From: Vulcanimicrobiota bacterium
GTDB taxonomy: Bacteria; Vulcanimicrobiota; Vulcanimicrobiia; Vulcanimicrobiales; Vulcanimicrobiaceae
DNA: 64,000 nt
Assembly: GCA_963812155.1 (NCBI GenBank)
Contig: CAWETW010000004.1
Location: forward strand, 96,001 to 160,000
Direction of reading: 5' to 3'
Positions 62,301 to 64,000 of the stretch are shown in pieces. The notes beneath the pieces were generated by a model. The model saw only the letters and a program-made list of their open reading frames with translations, was not told where the DNA came from and did not search any database. The translations under genes were made by a program, and so were the position numbers. Numbering within the stretch: position 1 is the stretch's first letter; each line of letters starts with the position of its first letter.

Positions 62301-62803
62301 TTTTCGGCATCTTCTTCCGCAACTTGATCTGGCAAGCAGGCGATGCGATCTTCCGGCAACCGTACGCGCCGATGGCTTTTGGCCTGACGGCCTTCATCGG
62401 GGTCTTGATGCTGGTCGGCATCGTCGTCAAGAACGCCATTTTGGTCGTCGAGTTTAGCAATCAGTTGCGCGAGCGCGGCATGAACGCGCGCGACGCGGTG
62501 CTGCACGCGGCGCCGATGCGCCTGCGTCCGATTCTCATGACGACTTGCGCGACGATCGGCGGCATGATGCCGATCGCGCTCGGAATCGAGGCCGGCAGCC
62601 AGACCCAGTCGCCCCTGGGAACCGTCGTCATCGGCGGCCTCGCGGTGTCGACCACGCTCTCGCTCATCGTCGTACCGACGCTCTACCTATGGGCCGCGCG
62701 GCACGTCGAGCCGCGCATGGGCGGATTCCATCGCGGCATCGATCAGGCGTCGGAGCGCCGCGCCGCAGATTTCGTCGAAGAGCCGATCAGCGCAATCGAA
62801 TAG
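59369..62803 (+). CDS. RND efflux permease (AcrB/AcrD/AcrF family)
   Basis: GLIVDDAIVVIENI, GIVVKNAILVVE, RLRPILMT. Confidence 0.95.
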   Translation: MPIAKFAVHRRVAVSMIALAIVVLGVFAVPRLPISLLPNFTQPVVTVSVTYPNVGPQQMETLITRPIENAVSRVNGIQQINSSSSEGNSSVTAQFYFGTNIDTAAVDVQEQVSRIWGTLPNDPNLQQPVITKFDSNSLPVVRMFVTDPNMTLRDLGDLFTNVLSDQFSSINGVAAVTVGNDQQRAIMIEPNTDALAVNGISLQQIMQRIAEENINLPAGVVQVGKSEYLVRASALLQSAKETGQLIVTTKNGAPIRLDQVAKVSDSILEQRTFQRLNGTPAVGVTINAQPDANIVATAVGVNAKIKELQQRYPGMHFAVVFGQEGYIREAIAALEHTAIYGAILAIVVILLFLHSWRSTLIVAVSLPVSVLGTLFAAYVCGYSLNIMTLGGLALAVGLIVDDAIVVIENIYRHMARGQTPMEAAETATAEIFSAVLASSITVITVFVPLVLIPGLQGLIFTPFAVMVMVAVGLSLLVAVTQVPMLSSVILRKKPAGTNGAATNGKGRGAYARFSRAFDHHYERFAQWYTRLLGRAIDRPGIVFGIAGAVMLVTLVAAALGAVKTELFPSSNSGFARFNLQMPTGTALSGMNQVTIDVENRMRKDARVSDVGSLVGSSGPVGGTQVTNVASLSVTLKPGVVGNQAQRFVTQWTAALTGSRSASSRGHGTTSFTPQQIRQLRASFGNPIPGLQVFGRTVDIVQNIISRGQDALQIQIFGPDINKLYDLAEFTAIPKLQSSIVGLQPPQPGITTAQPEIDVSVDRATAAQLGVSTQTISQVVDIATAGQTASFMQINGTQYPIEVQLPAAQRRSLQTIQSLMIPVSTVATGLVVNNSSTAPISAGTNGALSLNTASGPNGSFTLQTMPLSELAKITFGAGPSEITRQNKQREIDINAGLNIPLGDAVTQATKVMNSITLPPGYYWAFGPQVLQQGQTFSSLGLIVALAIVLIYMLLASQFESVLHPLVIMVAVPLASAGVVFGIFFRNLIWQAGDAIFRQPYAPMAFGLTAFIGVLMLVGIVVKNAILVVEFSNQLRERGMNARDAVLHAAPMRLRPILMTTCATIGGMMPIALGIEAGSQTQSPLGTVVIGGLAVSTTLSLIVVPTLYLWAARHVEPRMGGFHRGIDQASERRAADFVEEPISAIE

Positions 62804-63547
62804 TCATCGTAAGCGAACGAAGAATGCCAACGTCATCGCGGTTCCGACCGCAATGACGATTCCCCGCGCGATCGGCTGCGGAACGCGCCGGAAGAAGCGC
62901 GCGCCGAAGTAGCCGCCGGCAAGCGCGATAACCGCCATCGGCAAGGCAAACCGCCAGTCGACGATGCGAGCGATCACGAACGGCACCAGTGCGATTCCGT
63001 TGATCGAGACGGCCAGCACGTTTTTGACGGCGTTTTGTGCGTTGAGATTCGGCAGGCCGGAAAACGCCAGTACCGCGAGCATCAAGATGCCCATGCCCGC
63101 GCCGAAGTATCCACCGTAAATCGACACGAAGAACTGCACGACGAGCTGCCACGGCGCGTGCCTCGGCACTTCCCCCGGACGCCGTAACCAGGGGCTGACG
63201 GCGAACACCGCGGTCGCGAAGAGCAGCAGCCACGGAATCATGCGCTCGAACAGCAACGGCGGCGTGATCAAGAGGGCGATGGCCCCGAGCAGTGCGCCCA
63301 CGAGGCTCACGACGACCAACGGCAACAGCAGTCCGCGATGCGCCGCAACCTCTTCCTTGTAGCCGCGCGCGCTGCCGATCGTGCCGACCCACATCGCTGC
63401 GTTGTTGGTGGCGTTGGCCGAAATCGCGGGCACGCCGGCGAACAGCAGCGCCGGAAACGAGAGAAAACTGCCGCCGCCGGCGACGCTGTTCATCGCGCCC
63501 GCGAAGAACGCCGCCACACACGGGAGCGCGATCTGTACGGTCGTCAA
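62804..63547 (-). CDS. Sulfite exporter TauE/SafE family protein
   Basis: AGAMNSVAGGG..FPAL, ANATN, YGGYFGAGMG. Confidence 0.9.
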   Translation of the reverse strand: MTTVQIALPCVAAFFAGAMNSVAGGGSFLSFPALLFAGVPAISANATNNAAMWVGTIGSARGYKEEVAAHRGLLLPLVVVSLVGALLGAIALLITPPLLFERMIPWLLLFATAVFAVSPWLRRPGEVPRHAPWQLVVQFFVSIYGGYFGAGMGILMLAVLAFSGLPNLNAQNAVKNVLAVSINGIALVPFVIARIVDWRFALPMAVIALAGGYFGARFFRRVPQPIARGIVIAVGTAMTLAFFVRLR

Positions 63548-63563
63548 ACGCGCTAGGGAGGCT

Positions 63564-64000
63564 CTAAGGAGCGACGCGCTCGCGCTTGGTGACGCGATAG
63601 ACGTGGCGCACGTTCTTGAGCGATTCGAGTCGCGTGATGATGCGGTGTAAATGTTCGAGGTCGCGAATTTGGACGGTGAGGCTGGTGGCGGCCACGCCGT
63701 CGCGCCGCACTCGCGCCGTCACCGAGCTCACCTGCGTCTTCAACTCGGCGAACACGGCCATGATGTCTTGCAGTAACTGCGCGCGGTCATCGGCTTCGAC
63801 TTCGACGTCGACGGCGTGCGTGAGATCCGCGTCGGTATTCCATTGCACCTGGAGAATGCGTTCGGGCACCGTTCCGTTGAGCCGTGCCACGTTCGGACAG
63901 TCGGCGCGGTGGACGTTCACGCCGCGGCCGATCGTGACGTACCCCATGATCGGATCGCCCGGAACGGGGCAGCAGCACTTCGACAGGCGCACGAGCACGT
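63564..64000 (-). CDS. RelA/SpoT (p)ppGpp synthetase/hydrolase, C-terminal ZFD and ACT domains (partial)
   Basis: SKCC.PVPGD.I.GY.T.GRG..VHR.DC.N; DR..LL.DI ACT domain. Confidence 0.92.
   Translation of the reverse strand, partial: VLVRLSKCCCPVPGDPIMGYVTIGRGVNVHRADCPNVARLNGTVPERILQVQWNTDADLTHAVDVEVEADDRAQLLQDIMAVFAELKTQVSSVTARVRRDGVAATSLTVQIRDLEHLHRIITRLESLKNVRHVYRVTKRERVAP

Noticed and set aside
60908..62506. Long antisense or alternative-frame ORFs (here and elsewhere)
   Set aside because: Shadow ORFs typical of high-GC coding DNA, with no motifs.
1..64000. CRISPR array, prophage or transposase
   Set aside because: No regularly spaced repeat-spacer array and no cas, integrase, transposase or phage structural genes recognised.

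Overview
High-GC (~65%) bacterial chromosome segment. Gene style (Oar-like TonB receptors, wHTH-TPR regulators, rplI-lonC-dnaB order) suggests Ca. Eremiobacterota or a similar soil lineage; this is inference. Many genes carry single-base frameshifts that look like uncorrected long-read errors, densest at 17-26 kb and 32-36 kb. Core genes: rpsF, ssb, rpsR, rplI, lonC, dnaB, infA, tRNA-Thr(CGT), hemL, a folK-folE2/mptA fusion, msrA/msrB, a glutamine synthetase, an RND pump and the C-terminus of rel/spoT. Accessory genes: two TonB-dependent receptors, peptidases, beta-lactamase-like hydrolases, HiPIP, a Phd-VapC toxin-antitoxin pair and tandem secreted paralogs. Best candidate for a new system (56.8-57.8 kb): a sigma70 promoter, a 24-aa leader peptide with three consecutive TAT (Tyr) codons, and overlapping antiterminator and terminator, i.e. 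a ribosome-mediated tyrosine attenuator. It sits in front of an uncharacterised heme-oxygenase-like diiron (CADD/PqqC/TenA-fold) enzyme, which suggests a non-canonical role in tyrosine supply. That locus lies in an ~8.7-kb block that splits the rpsF-ssb-rpsR-rplI operon and is bounded by related GTCATCCTGAGC repeats. A second family of ~100-bp structured palindromic elements occurs three times, always between convergent genes.
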